DNA of 64,000 nucleotides from Vermamoeba vermiformis (GCA_045837725.1 JBEWZL010000076.1:248001-312000); one strand, 5' to 3'; shown: positions 41,913-59,594, numbered from the stretch's first letter. Notes: a model not told the origin generated them from the letters alone. Translations and numbers: made by a program.

Positions 41913-43901
41913 TTAAACATCATATTCCTTCTCTTCTGGTGCGTCCTTCTTTTTCATCATTGCCTCGAATTCAGCAGTCCATCCCAACGCATCCACGAGC
42001 TCTTTGACAATCTTTTGACAATCGCCCAACAAGCCCACATCACGATAGTTGTCAGGTCGTTCGAACATCAGTCCTGTGTCGCCTAACATGGCCAAAGCAG
42101 GGTTGAAAGTACCAACAGCGTCCATATTGATCAACACTCGCGGCACTTTGTCGCCCACTCGGCTGATGAGACTGGCGAATGGCTGGACCTTCAGACTAGT
42201 GCCCATAATCAAGAGCAAGTCGCACTTAGGGAAGTCCTATTAACAATACATGAATATATTGCTCACGATCGCAATTTTTTGTTCGCAAGATCCAGTGTTA
42301 AAAACATCTTGTTGGACGTTGTTTCTTACCTCTTTCATTGCGTCGAAGAATTTTACGGGCAAGTTTTCACCAAAGAAGATGATATCGGGCTTGACCAATC
42401 CCTTGCACTCAGTGCATCGCGCAACATGTCCACCCATAATCTCGTTCTTGATCCACTCTTGTGAGAACTCCTTTCGACAGTCAATGCAGTGGGCCTGAGC
42501 AAATGATCCGTGAGCTTCGATAATCTTGTCGTCAGGCACGCCCGCAAATCGTTCCAGAGTATCGATGTTTTGCGTGAAGCACTTCAACAAGAGTCCCTTT
42601 TGGTTCAACAGAGAAGTGAAGTAATGGCAAGGCGTGGGCTAAATAGCATTAATTAGTGCTCTAAAGCTCTATTTTAAACAATAGCACGGGCCACTTACAT
42701 CATAATTAGTCGGGAACAATTCTTTGGCCAACGTGAAGAACGCATCTGGCTTTTGTCTGAAGTAACTACACGAACGATCAGTCACGGTGTATTAATAATA
42801 TTATTATTATCGTCACATACTCTATCTCAAAGATGGCCTCAGCGTAAGGCAAGTCGTACTTGGCCAAGTTGTGATACAATCCTGTCTTCGGAGATCGGAA
42901 GTCAGGAATGCCAGCAGCGACACTGATACCAGCACCGTTCATTAAGATGATGTTCTTGGCCTTGCCTGACTTGATAAACTCGACAACACCGGCCATGTCG
43001 AAGGACGACAACACTGGCTCGTGTTTTTCGGTTGAAGTGGCTTTAGGTGTAATGCCCAATCGAGCCATGAGTGCCTTCAACAGCTCATCGTCCACGTCTG
43101 AATCTGAGTCGCTGTCATCGTTTTCATTATTATTGTTTTTGGTTTTATCGGTTGTGTCCTCTTTGTCCTCTGATTTATTCTCGGTTTCCTTCTTCTCACC
43201 CAACTCTGTTAAGTACGTTAGCTAAATAACCCATGGAAAGAATAACGAGTCTTTTTAAATATACTAGGCAATTTCATTTTCAAATAAAGAGGGTGGACTT
43301 ACGTTGAAGGTAGGAAGGATCGTTGCTTCCGTGCTTAGCCAAGTGCAAGGTGTTCTTAATGGTTGATAATTTCTGTTTAAATTAAGCATTAGAGTTGCTA
43401 AGAATGAACGGATGGGAAGTCAAAGACCCTTACCGGATGGCGAATGTATGAATCGCATTCGTAACACCAGACTGACAAATCAGAAAAACTGATGAGAATA
43501 GGGTGCTTTGATGACTCGTAGTGCTGCACACCGTGGCTTTTAACGTATCTGTAACAAACGGTTATCAAAATGCAAAAATTGCACCCCAAAAAATTAGAAA
43601 AATTGAGAATTATAATACATGTGATATATGAGTGCTGAATTGCTCAATTAAACTCGTAAAAATATTTGAGAAGGGGAAGAGAAAAACATGTAAATTCTTA
43701 CCGACTGCAGAAGACCTCAAAACAAGTCAAACACAACCAATTCTCGCGCTTATCGCTGCAATCAGCACAGGTGTTCTCTTCAAATGCTTTAGCGACTTGG
43801 CCTAACACCCCGATCGTATTTTCGATCGTCAAGCAATGAGGGCAGTCACTCTTGGGATTAATTGAAATAAAACCCTCTGGAGGAATATAATTGTCTGTCA
43901 T
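41913..43901 (-). CDS. SIRT2: Class I sirtuin (SIRT2-like) with N-terminal UBP-type zinc finger
   Basis: CADC..ENWLCLTCFEVFCSR..H..H..DLSVWCYECDSY; GAGISVAAGIPDFRSP; TQNIDTLE; HGSF; KPDIIFFGENLP; GTSLKVQPFASL. Confidence 0.93.
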
Positions 43902-44566
43902 GGTGTTCGTTTGTATTGTTAAATTGAAATAAGGGACCACCGTTGACAATAAATTGCTTGGGTCTACCAGGGCAGATCAAGACTTTGAGGGCGAGTCTTG
44001 CGCACCTGAGTACTCATGATTATAATTTTAAACGCTTGTATTTCCTAAGCTTCAATCCCTGAACCAGCCATTGGCGAGATATCTATCTCGGGTAAACAAG
44101 TTCGCAAACACATCCGATCAACATTCGACGATTAGTTTGGCTGCTTGCCATTCGCTGTGCTGTTTTCTTAGTGATATTGAGGACTTGTTGTGTACAGCAG
44201 CGTGACGTGCAATCAAAAATGAGTTTATTAAATTTATCTCGTAAAATCTCCCCCAGCAGATAAATCAAGCTGGTTCGACATTTTACCCTCACTAACGCTG
44301 TACTTGGTTAGAAGTGAGCATAGGCACTAACATTATCGTGTCGACTGTAGCTTGGATCGTAATTTCATGGTAATGCAGAATCTACAAACCGCATTTACAA
44401 CTTTTTTCTTGATTTCATTTGTAAATAATTATTATCGCCAAATAATTATGTTTCGAATATTATTATAGCTATATTGCGGTATTTGCTGCGTTCTAACGTT
44501 AATTCATTAGCTCAACTGAAGATCACAGAAAATAAACCGAGCTCATTAATTTAATAATCAACAAAA

Positions 44567-47500
44567 ATGTCGACAGAGGTATGTTTTATTATCACACGTG
44601 ATAATATCGGCTATTAATATTGCAATATAACCCTGTAAAATTATTAAAGCGGAAGTTTACACTTTTCGTAATGAGATCAATTTAGCCTCGTAATAACTCA
44701 CTCGCGCAATTAAATATTAAAATAATGATATTATACGATTTTATTTTAAAAACTGAATAATACGAAATTGGAGCAAATCTTATTTTACCGCACCAACGGC
44801 TACTTCGATCCAAACTTTTCGCTATTAGAGCTATCAATAATATTACTTTCAAAGTAAATATATTTTATGCATTATAGCCACAATAATAACCCAAGTTGAA
44901 TGCCACATCCGATCGGCACCAGATTTGCCATTTCAATTTCTAACTGTTCCTTATTATTTTAATAGGTAGAAACACATGCCACAGATGCAGACCACAAGAA
45001 AATAAAGCATCACAATCCATTACACGATGCTCCAAGAGTTAATTTGGTTCCTAAATTGACGCAAGTACCCGCGTCGGATATCCCAATTAAATCAGCGCGA
45101 GGCATGCGATCTTCGTCTTCAAGATTTTTGGGTAGTGGTCCTAAAGAAAAGCTTGAACGATTGCCCGCCTTGAAGAGTAAGTAATTTCTGATAATTAGCC
45201 GCTTTTAAATTGCTATTCGATCGTTGCAAAAATGAACGCAATTTAATTATTTTGCAAAGGCAACGATAATCGATATTTAATAGGCTATTAAATGCTCTCA
45301 ATACGTTTTTTCGCTAATTTCTGAGGATCCATCAATCAAATTACCGCTGGATCGAGCAAAAATTTTTAGTTACTTTACTATCGCCTGTTAAATTATATAG
45401 AAGGTTAAATCATATACTATTGCTTATAATTGATCGATTAAAAATATTTTTAACGATAAAGAGGCTTTTTGAACGTGTTTAGACTGTTTAGGCTAATATT
45501 TTATTTTCCTTTTTTAGTAACACCCAAAGATCAACGTGAGGAGCTGTTCTTGAAGAAAATAAATCAATGCAAAGTCTTGTTCGACTTCACTAAGACACTG
45601 CACGAGGTGGATCAGAAAGAAATTAAGCGCGAGACATTGTTAGAGTTAGTCGAGTATGTCTTGACCGAAAAGAATGCTCTTACACCTGCCAGTTACAAGG
45701 ACATTACTGAAATGGTAAGTGCGGCGCTAATAATTCATTTCTATTAGTAGCAAATAGTTTTTCAATACAACACCCGAAACAACAACGATGTGATTAGTAA
45801 TGTTTGGTTAATGCCAAATTATATTCGTATCGTCACGTTTAATATTATAGGCACTATTATATTATTTACTAGTTCCTTGTACTGCTTACAAATCGTTTCA
45901 TAGATCCCATTTAATCTTTTGCTTACAAAGCAATCAAATGATTTTTATACAATAATATCGATCTAACTGCATTTTATAATTATAGTTAAGCATTAATTTG
46001 TTCCGACCTTTGCCCCCGCGAGTCAATCCTAGTGGAGTAGAATATGATCCCGAAGAAGACGAGCCTATTCTCGAAGCAGCATGGCCGCACATTCAAATTG
46101 TTTACGAATTCTTTTTGCGCTTTTTGGAGAACCCTGAATTCGATTCTAGCATCGCTAAGAACTATTTCACTAAGAACTTTGTTCAAAGCATGTTGGATCT
46201 GTTCGACAGCGAAGACCCGCGTGAACGAGATTACCTTAAAACGACACTACATCGCATTTATGGCAAGTTCTTGTCTTTGCGTTCATTCGTGCGCAAAGCT
46301 ATGAAGAATATTTTTGTCACGTTCATTTTCGAGACGGAAAAACACAACGGCATTGCTGAATTGTTGGAGATTTTGGGAAGGTACGTCTATTTCTAGCAAT
46401 ATATTAATAATATACATTCGTTTGCTGCTATTTTTATCTTAACTATTTTGAATTAATAACCGATAACGGATGTTGTGGACGCCCACAAAAATTCTGAAAT
46501 TTTAACTGTGCTTTGCATTTTGAAGCGGTAGTGTTACTTAACCGATCACAAATACAACATAAGATCATATTTAATCTCTAAATCTTATTTGCAAATTAAA
46601 GTACATGACTGACATGATATTTTTAAAACAGTATTATCAACGGTTTCACTTTGCCTTTGAAAGACGAGCACAAAGAGTTCTTGTTCAAAGGTCTCATTCC
46701 TCTCCACAAGCCCAAGAGTCTCGCGCTCTATCATCCACAGCTCTCTTATTGCATTGCGCAATTCATCGAGAAAGATCCACAACTTGTCGAATCCGTAAGT
46801 TGAACGAATCCAAAATTGATTCGAACGTATAACAAATCGACCTATTAGCGACGTGCTTACTTCGTTCTATTGATAATATTAATCGTTTGGCTAATACTTT
46901 TTTCAATCAGATCTTCAAGGGTATTATCCGATACTGGCCTCAAACTAACAGTGCTAAAGAAATTTTGTTTGTTAATGAAATCGAAGAGGTAAGTTATTTT
47001 TGAATCATTAGTAGCGAGGCTCGCAAATATCCCCCCTCGAATTAGTTATCGGCCGAAAAACCAAATCCGCTATGTCTACCAGATCAGCATTTTTATCGCA
47101 TATACGGAGGGTTCTTATTGACTTAATATTTGTAGTTATTGAGTGTGGTTGAGCCCGAAGAATTCAACATAACAAAAGAATTTTTGTTCACTCGCGTTGC
47201 CCGATGTATTTCTAGTCTACACTTCCAAGTCGCAGAAAAAGCGCTCACGTTCTGGACCAACGAGTATATTTTGGGCCTCGTTGCAGAGAACGTCGAAACA
47301 ATTTTGCCACTGTTATTTGGCCCGCTGTATTTCAACTCAAAACACCACTGGAACAAGTCTATCAGGACATTAGCCTACAACGCCTTGAAATTGTTTATGG
47401 ACATGGACTATAAGCTGTTTAACGATACTATCAAAAAATACAAAGAAGCTAGACACAAGTAAGTCACAAAAATGGATCTCGTTCACACGTGGATCTCGAG

Positions 47501-48075
47501 CACTTTCTAACGATATCTAATTATAGGGCTAAGACAGATAAGGTTAGTCGTGAACAGACATGGCAAGTCATCGCTGAGTTGGCTATTAAGAACTCGACTA
47601 ATGGTCCTATCGTAACTCCTGAACAACGCGCAAAGGCCGTGGATGCGGTGATGGAAGAAATTGAACAGTTCGATCCTAATGACCAAATGTTCAAAGATAT
47701 CTCAGCTGTAAGTATACTCACCACTTGTTATATCCTTATTTCAAGGCTAGCTTTCATTTGAAGCTCCAAGTTGGCCCTTTGCTAGTCCCACTAAATCGTT
47801 TGATTTCACTCAAAAACTAATTTTTTCTTTATTAGGAAATTGAATCTAACAGAAAACAAGCGCGCAAAGCTCGTCGCAAGTCATTGCTGCCTTACGACCG
47901 CGAGGTTGTTGATGCGATCAGCAATCACGTCAGCTTGGAAGATCTGGAGAAGCGAAACGACGATGACGACGATGAATTGAGCGACAGCGGCTCTAGCGAC
48001 GACGAAGGTTCGCACGAGGATGATTCGTCTTCAGGCGAGGACAGCGATTCTGGCTCGCAGAGCGAATCTGACTAA
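44567..48075 (+). CDS. PPP2R5: PP2A regulatory subunit B' (B56)
   Basis: [68 protein letters not shown] and HWN. Confidence 0.96.
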
Positions 48076-48370
48076 TCCAAAAACAACTTGGCGTACAATA
48101 GTATTATATAGCAGTTATTGTCGTCTGTATTTTTGCAAATAGTTCAAAGTGATATATAGGCACTATGTTTGATATTAATAAAGTATATTTTCAAGAGTCT
48201 TTGTGCGATCTGATCGTCTCAGTCGCCTAATGGGCTCGAAAGTACGACTTCTGTGCTCAGTTATAACCAAAGTATACTTTGATAATTTTATCGATAACCT
48301 ATTTTTAGTATTTGATAGGAAAACAAACTGAAAATCTTTCCATTCTCTTTTTCTGATCGACGACCACAAA

Positions 48371-50054
48371 ATGAACTTGTCTGACGACCGAATTAACGAG
48401 CTTAAGGCTTTTATTCAGGTATGTGTCCTACTTTGGCTTCCGATGTTTGAAATATGAATTTAGACGATTAACCTTGATTCTAACCTTTCATGAATCTAGC
48501 TCGTAAAGCGCCAACCTGAGCTCCTTCACAATGAAAAGCTCGCCTTTTTCAAGGATTACTTAGTTTCCATGGGTGCTCACCTTCCTGCTGCGTGAGTTCA
48601 ATTTAGTCACCGATCTGAAAAATATTTTTAATTATATTTTTAATTCATACAGTCCTCAGCCTCAGCCGTCCACTCCATCAACTCATGGTAAGTCTATTGT
48701 TATTTTCAATATTATTATAATGCGTAAATCAAGATGACGACATGCCTGATCTCGCCGACGAGGAACCCGAGCCTGTTGTTGAAGAAGAGGAAAAAGACGA
48801 ACCAGATCCTGACTTGTGGACCCCCGATAATGGTATAATATTATTATGCTCCCAGATTTTATTTCCCGCTAATTTTCTCTTTTGCAACGAATCAGATCCT
48901 GCCGCTGAAATGGGAGATCAAAGCAAGATCGCCAGCGATGCTGACGTCGAGAAGGCCGGCGAATTGAAAGCTAAAGCTATGGAAGAACAATCAGCCGGAA
49001 ACCACACTCAGGCTATTCAATTGTTCACTGAAGCAATTAAGGCGAATCCAGGATTGGCCATGCTATATGTTTCCAGGTTAGTACCACGTTATCTATCGCT
49101 ACGAATATTGGCGAGCATCTTTTCATAAGTCCAACTTCTATTCTTGGCTTGCAAAGCACCCTATGGTTAATCTTGTCGTTTTAGAGCCGCGTGCTTCCTT
49201 CAAATGAAGAAGCCCAACGCCGCTGTTCGTGACTGCGATCAAGCCATCAAGATGAACCCCGACTCAGCTCGTGCTTACAAAGTACGTGGCAAGGCTTACA
49301 GATTCTTGGGCGAGTATGAGAAGGCTTTGAAAGACTTGAACTTGGGTCAACAACTTGACTTTGATGACGCCACTCGTGACCTCGTTAAGGTCGTGCGTCC
49401 TCGCGTCGACAGAATCGTTGAGGTACGTTGTCATGTGATCACTAAGACGCGTGTCATCGCTGACAATTTTCTGTAGCGCAGAAAGGCCAGAGAAGAACGA
49501 GAGAAGGAACGTAAGAGAAAAGAAGAAGAAGCCAGAAAAGCACGTGCTCGTGCTGAAGAGGCTGAAATGCCTGACTTCAGCGGCATGCCTGGCATGGGTG
49601 GATTCCCTGGTGGTATGCCCGGTATGGGAGGATTCCCAGGAGGTATGCCCGGCATGGGTGGCATGGGCGGCTTCCCAGGTGGTATGCCTGGTATGGGCGG
49701 CATGGGTGGATTCCCTGGAGGCATGCCTGGCATGGGTGGCATGCCTGGTATGGGAGGTATGCCTGGAGGAATGCCCGGAGGAATGCCTGGTATGCCTGGC
49801 GGAATGCCCCCTGGTGGCATGGGTACGTCACAAATATGACATGTATATGACATTAGTACTAAGCGTAAGCTGATTTAGACTTCATGAACGAAATGTTTGC
49901 TGATCCTGAGATGCAAGAGATCTTGCAAGATCCTGCTACGATGCAAAAGTTGCAATCGATTATGCAAAACCCTGCCAACATTGGCATGTATCAGAACGAT
50001 CCTAAGATCCAGAAGATTATGAACAAAATTATGGGTCAATTTGGTGGCAAATAA
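48371..50054 (+). CDS. ST13: Hsc70-interacting protein Hip (dimerisation domain, TPR, GGMP repeats, STI1)
   Basis: PELLHNEKLAFFKDYLVSMGA; KKPNAAVRDCDQAIKMNPDSARAYKVRGKA; GGMP repeats; DPEMQEILQDP..NP..YQNDPK. Confidence 0.95.
49582..49822 (+). repeat. Coding GGMP/GGFP repeat tract of Hip
   Basis: Repeated GGCATGCCTGG-like units encoding GMPGMGGFPGG. Confidence 0.9.
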
Positions 50055-50358
50055 ATCAGTGCGTACCTTGCGTGTTGCACTTGATTCTATTAGCCTGATC
50101 TCGATCTAGTACCATTCATCTTGATCTTGCAGGTGTGAACAACCAGAAATATAGTGCCTTCCCGAATACCTTAGGCGCCGCTTTTATTGCCAGCGGAGTG
50201 ATCGACGGAGGACGGAACCCAAAAAAGGAACGAATTTTCTATTTTTGGTTGGCAAGTAATAGAAGTTAGTCGAAGAGGCTCGAAAGCATAAATTCGATTT
50301 ATTTACTTCATTGTAATTCATACAAACAGATACCACTGCTCGTACTACAATTGAATCA

Positions 50359-51137
50359 ATGGAACAACAAATCCAGATCTACCATCTTACTCCTTTCTCT
50401 CGATCGTCTCGTGTCATCTGGTTGCTCGAAGAACTTGGTCCAAAAATTAAAGAAAATTTTCTTATCAAGACCTACGACATCAAGAAGCCACAAGAGTTCA
50501 GAAAGTCTGAAGAGTTTGGAAAGATCTCGCCTCTACGAAGATTTCCAACGCTCGTCGAAGGAAACTTCGTATTAACTGAAGGAATTGCTATTAATAATTA
50601 TATTCTTCGCACTAAAGCACCAGACAGTTCATTGCTGCCAAAAGATCCGAAAGATCTAGCAACGTACGAGAGCGTGAACGCGTTCCTCGTTGGCCATATC
50701 GATGATTTGGTAGCAAAAGGTCTAAGAGAGCGCTTCCTTCTTCCAAAGGACAAGAGAACTCGTAAGTAACCGAAAAGATTTGATTTGTTTCTGGGATCCG
50801 AAAATAAACCATCTTACAGCTGGTCTGTTGAACACCCTAAAAGAAGAATTCGGTCGAAACGTCGTGCCCTTCTTAGCTAAGAGATTGTCATTGACAAAGT
50901 ACATCGCTGCCGATCATTTCACCGCTGCTGACATAAACTTAGGCACGATCTTAGTACTAGCGGTAAGAAAAGCTAAATCTACAGTACAAAAGTATATTAA
51001 TAGTAACTTTAACTTCGTAGAGAGGCTTAGGATGGGTTAATGACCACAAGGAACTTGTCGAGTACTTCGATCTACTTTTGACCACACGGCCTGTCTTCGC
51101 GCAACTCGTGGCTCAGTTTATGAAAACCTCCCTCTAA
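50359..51137 (+). CDS. Glutathione S-transferase
   Basis: SRSSRVIWLLEELG, ISPLRRFPTLVEGNFVLTEGIAINNYI and YIAADHFTAADINL. Confidence 0.92.
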
Positions 51138-51645
51138 ATACTGAAGCTTTAATCAGTTGATTTTAGCTGGTACTGCTAGCCTCAAAGTAAACTTCAAAAG
51201 AAAAGAAAATAAATAAATAGCTAGAGCCATTGCGCGTTTACCAAAAACAAATAGGTCATCCATCGCCGCATAGTGTGTACATTTGTTTATGAGATCTAAC
51301 GTTCCGCTACTTTGCCTTTTCTTTAGTGACACGTTCTGAAATTTCCAAGTGTGTTTTTTTAACTTTAACCCAAGCACAACGAATCTCGCCTATAAGCTCA
51401 GCTATTACATATGAACTTGGAATACTCGCAATTCTCTTCGCTCTTGACGATGCTTCATGGGCCACTGAAAACGTCCCCTACCATTGCTAAACAGCTACAC
51501 GTTTTTAGAAAAAAGCTAGACACATTTAAAACGCAGAACGTATGACTATAAGATTGATATTTACGTATTGCCAATTTATTCTAATTTTTTGAAGCGTAAA
51601 CAATATTTTCAGTTTCTAAACCGGCTGTTGCAACAAGATAATACC

Positions 51646-54522
51646 ATGTTTGCTAATGGCTTTGAAGAACTCAAGCTATCAATAGAAGTATGTTAATACG
51701 TATACTGCTAAATACTTACTTGATTCTGTTTCAGATTCAAGATCCCGCCGGACTTAGTCTTTATAGCTTCCTTAAGAAAGAAGTAACGGCATAAATTACC
51801 TACGAATCGTATTATATGTCTCATAAATGTGTTTTTAGTTCCTTAAGAACGGCTTAGACGAACAGATCACGTTTGATCCTACACGTTATTATTTCCCAAA
51901 ACCAGCTCTCGATGTAAGCCTAAAACTACGATGAAACCCTGGTTTAATATTCATTATAATAGAATTTGGCTAAATGTTTGTCATATGACCTCACCAAACA
52001 AAACTACGAGACGCTGGATCAAGTCATCTCATTTTTGACGGGAAATCGCGATGTGGAGCAATACGCGGCACTTCACCTTCTTGAAAAATGCGCTAGAGTA
52101 TGTTATTTTTGCTATATAAAGCGCTAAATACCTTTTTCAGGGTTTAAATGGTCAGTTGCGGGATCAAGTTCTTCATCGAGCGTTTGTTTTGACCCACGCT
52201 GAATATCATATGATGGTCAGACTAAAGGCAATCGAATTCATATATGAACTGGCGCAACTGCCTAATGTCAGCTTTGAAAATTGTTTGACCAGCACCGAGA
52301 TCCAAGAACTTTTCCAGAATCATTTACCTCTTATGGAATCATCATTCTACGTCATTAAAAGTCTCCTACAACTCGGAAATTTATTTTACGATCACGTGCC
52401 TGGCTTTATTCGAAGATTTTTGCAGGTACGTAAATGCACTTATAGTAACATCCATTTTTTCAGCGATTACTAAATAAGGAAAATTATTGAAATAATTTTT
52501 TTCAGGCCACTACCAAACATCACGGCAAATTCAATCAGGGGTTTATGAACTTCGCTGAAGTAATCTTTCATTTAATCGATTTGGAACATAAGCAACAATC
52601 AGCCATTGAAGAGTTCGAAGAATATGATATTCCACATTGCATAAGCTATCATAATGAGTTGACTAGTAACTTTGATGTCGCAAGTGAAAATTTATCGAAA
52701 GTTTTCCAAGCTCAAAAGGTAAAAAAAAAAAAAGTACTTAGGGTTAGGGTTAGATTTTTTTTTCTTCGAAGGCTCGTTCTGATTAATACTAATTTCTCAA
52801 TAGCTGTTATCCTCTGGCAAAGGCCTCCTGAAAGCACCACACATTGACAAAATAGCAGACTTGGGCGGCTTGTTGGATCTGCCGTTGGATGTGACAACAC
52901 TGCCGCCAGAGATGCAATTGCACTTGTTTGCAGGGCTCAAACGAGACTATACCAATAACTACGAAAACATTATCAAAGCTATGGAGTATAACATGACCAG
53001 TTCTGCTTCGGACTATTGTAAGCACAATAGGTACAATATTGCTTGCTTATTAACGACTTTATTTAGTTCTTTCGAAACAACTCTTTGATCAATTCCAAGT
53101 GCCACCAACTATAATAGAGAACAATATTAAAGAAACTATTCGCTCGTCATGGCCCGAAGTCAGTCGCGTAAGTTTGGATTCAGCGCTGTTTGACACGTGT
53201 CAAAGTGTCATTTTTCGGTGTCACATCTCACCGTATATTTTTACAGGCAATTATGTTCTGTCCAACATCTGTGGTATTGAATACAAAAGTTAAAAATGAT
53301 GCCAATGACTTAATGATAAAGCGAATGCTAGAACCCTTAGCGATCGAGCAATCATACTCACTAAGGCCAGCAGTAGAATTCATTGAATTAATCAGAATTC
53401 TTGGAATTAATTCGCATGCAAATTTTGATGCCGTATTGCAACATTTCTTGCCCGTGCTTAATGTACAAACTACGGGAACAATAGTTGACACAATCTTGCA
53501 CCAACACTTGCACACGTTGCTGCTGTTATGTCACGGATCGATCTCCGATACAACTGCAAAGCAATTACTGCAAATATGCCTGGCATCTGATTTCGGCTCT
53601 AGTCCCATGTCATCCATGCTAGCTTCCGAACTGTCAATCATTGTCAATTGCAAGTATTTTAAACATCACTCATTATTCGCACATTTAAAGGCTGAAACTA
53701 ACAGAACTTTATACAACCAGCTGTTGCTAGTCTGACGCAGGAAGAAGCAAAAAAAATGCTTTCTAATATCAACACAGGACTACTCGCAAATTCTAACTGG
53801 AACGTAGGTTATTCGAATGATAATCACCTTTGCATAGACCTAATTAGCCTTATTTGGCAATATAGATTGAAGAATCGTTCGAACTCATGCGTTTGATTGG
53901 TCAGCGAAGTCAATTCACAACAACGGAATTTAAGGCGTTGTTAAACCATATCCGAAAGAAAACGGTTTACAACGTGTTCAACGTATTTTCTGGATTTGAA
54001 TCGGTTGTTGGATCACAAGACTATTTAGATATCGTCATCAGCTTCATTCAGCAGGCAAGTATCGTAAAAAAAAACACATCCGCGTTCCACATCTGACTGA
54101 ACCCTTTTTGTAGCTAATTTGCCCCAACGATGATGTGCAATTAGAGTTTATTTTGAAGGGTTTGAACAATTTATTCGATGTTCACAAGAAGAAATCATGC
54201 GTGGAGATGTTTGCAGCAAAGATGGATGTGCTGTTGAACTTGATTGACCCTGCCTTCAGTGAACCATCGCATGAGACCTTATTAGCGTTCTTATACTTTA
54301 TAAGGTACTAATATTATGACTATTACCATATCCGTATTATTGTCTAACGAGCTTTGCAGAAATATATTGCGAACGTGTCCTGACTTGGTTGTACCAGCTA
54401 TTCAACACCATTCAACAGTCCTACGGGTGATTGAACAAGCGCTATCGCCCAATGTAGTAAACCCTACTATGAGGGACTATGCGAATCAAATATCTTCTAT
54501 GTTAAAGTCACAAGCGAAATAA
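51646..54522 (+). CDS. Multi-exon hypothetical alpha-helical (HEAT/ARM-like) protein
   Basis: Series of Leu-rich helical ORFs linked by short GT-AG introns; no family recognised; start uncertain. Confidence 0.55.
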
Positions 54523-54535
54523 ACGGATCTGTACC

Positions 54536-54740
54536 AAAAAAATCGGTGGATGGCAGCGCCATGCGTTTATCTGGCGTGATAACCAACTACACTACCCAGC
54601 CGTAATGGCGTTCACTACTGCCTGCAAATTTGCAGGCAAATAATTACTAACCTGAGGGCTGGGCCTGGCTTCGATCCAGGGACCTCCGGTTTATGAGACC
54701 AACGATGTAACGCATCAGGCAATTGAGCATCCAACAGCCC
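54536..54740 (-). ncRNA. Candidate circularly permuted tRNA(CAT) or permuted tRNA-like Pol III RNA
   Basis: 3' half (54700-54656) GGT CT CAT AA ACCGG AGGTC CCTGG ATCGAAG CCAGG CCCAGCC C precedes 5' half (54601-54573) GGCTGGG TA GTGT AGTTGGTTA TCAC G CC. Perfect 7-bp acceptor stem across the halves; T7 run at 54542-54536. Confidence 0.65.
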
Positions 54741-54884
54741 GCGGAGCAAAATCTAGTGACGGCGCCGCCAAGAGGCGACCCTCGAAATCTCGAGTTTATC
54801 TATATAAGGAAACTTACTCTCATGTCGGGAAAAGCACGAATGAAGAAGGAGCTTTTCTCCTTTGCACAAAAACGTTTTTGGATT

Positions 54885-58800
<3,916 letters not shown>

Positions 58801-58906
58801 ATTTGTGGTCTTTATATACAAATTGGAACTAAATCAAAATTGTTTGAGCTGAACCGAAACACTTTTTTTGCGCTTGCAGAGATCCAATTATTTTTCTTAA
58901 TTCAAC

Positions 58907-59594
58907 ATGTCAACACCAACCAATAGTACGAATAATACTAATACAGCGCAAGAAAATAATACAAGCGCTAATCCAGCCACAGAAGAAGTTCACGTTGACT
59001 TCAAGTCTCTATTGTTCAATTGGAATAAGATTCCTTGCATGAAGAAATCTTTACTTCAAGGTGTATTGGGTGGCGTAGCCTTTGGTATATTGCAGAACAT
59101 TAGAGGAAGTAAGTTGTGACAATTTCGGACAGGATCTGATTTTTCATTAACACAAAAAATACCAATAATTATTTTGCAATTAATACCTCACATTTATATT
59201 CATATTTAACCCTTGCATGCACGTAAAATGATTTTAAAATTTATCGCCGCCTTCTCGCGCGATCTCACTCATGACTCGCTAATCTATGTATTACATAGGG
59301 TCTGCTTTTAATGGATTTATATTCGGATTTGCTAGTACATCAGTGGTTTCATGGTAAGTTTTTAATGAACTCAGATATCGTCCTTTGCCCGAGCTTACAC
59401 GTCGTCGTAGGAATTACTGTCGATTCCATTGGCGACAATCTAAAGAAGCTACGAAAAATATTTTGTTGGCTCAATCACAAGGAGCAGATCCAAGGTTAAG
59501 AAAGAGCGTTCAAGACATGCAACAGAAACAACCGACAATGGCGCCTGAAGGCACTCTCAATTTAGATGAACCTCTTATGCCCAAGAAGAAATAG
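58907..59594 (+). CDS. COX20: Cytochrome c oxidase assembly protein COX20-like
   Basis: IPCMKKSLLQGVLGGVAFG..GFIFGFASTSVVSWNYCRF (two TMs with conserved Cys). Confidence 0.75.

Noticed and set aside
49431-49873. Pro-rich antisense and alternative-frame ORFs; possible repeat array
   Set aside because: These are shadows of the Hip GGMP coding repeat, with no spacer structure, so not CRISPR.
50090-50230. GC-richer patch after Hip as a possible snRNA or snoRNA
   Set aside because: No Sm site, box motifs or convincing fold recognised; probably 3' UTR.
52738-52755. TTAGGG telomere-like repeats (also ~18533-18543)
   Set aside because: Only 2-3 units inside introns; compatible with chance.
54656-54740. 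Ordinary linear tRNA-Met using GGGCTG at 54740 as its 5' end
   Set aside because: Only 5-6 acceptor pairs form, there is no D arm or A box, and the 5' segment is ~11 nt too long.
54597-54800. SRP RNA on the + strand (GCCGTAATGGC resembles the fungal Alu motif)
   Set aside because: No helix-8 GNRA/SRP54 motif follows; the minus-strand tRNA-like pairing and T7 terminator explain the region better.
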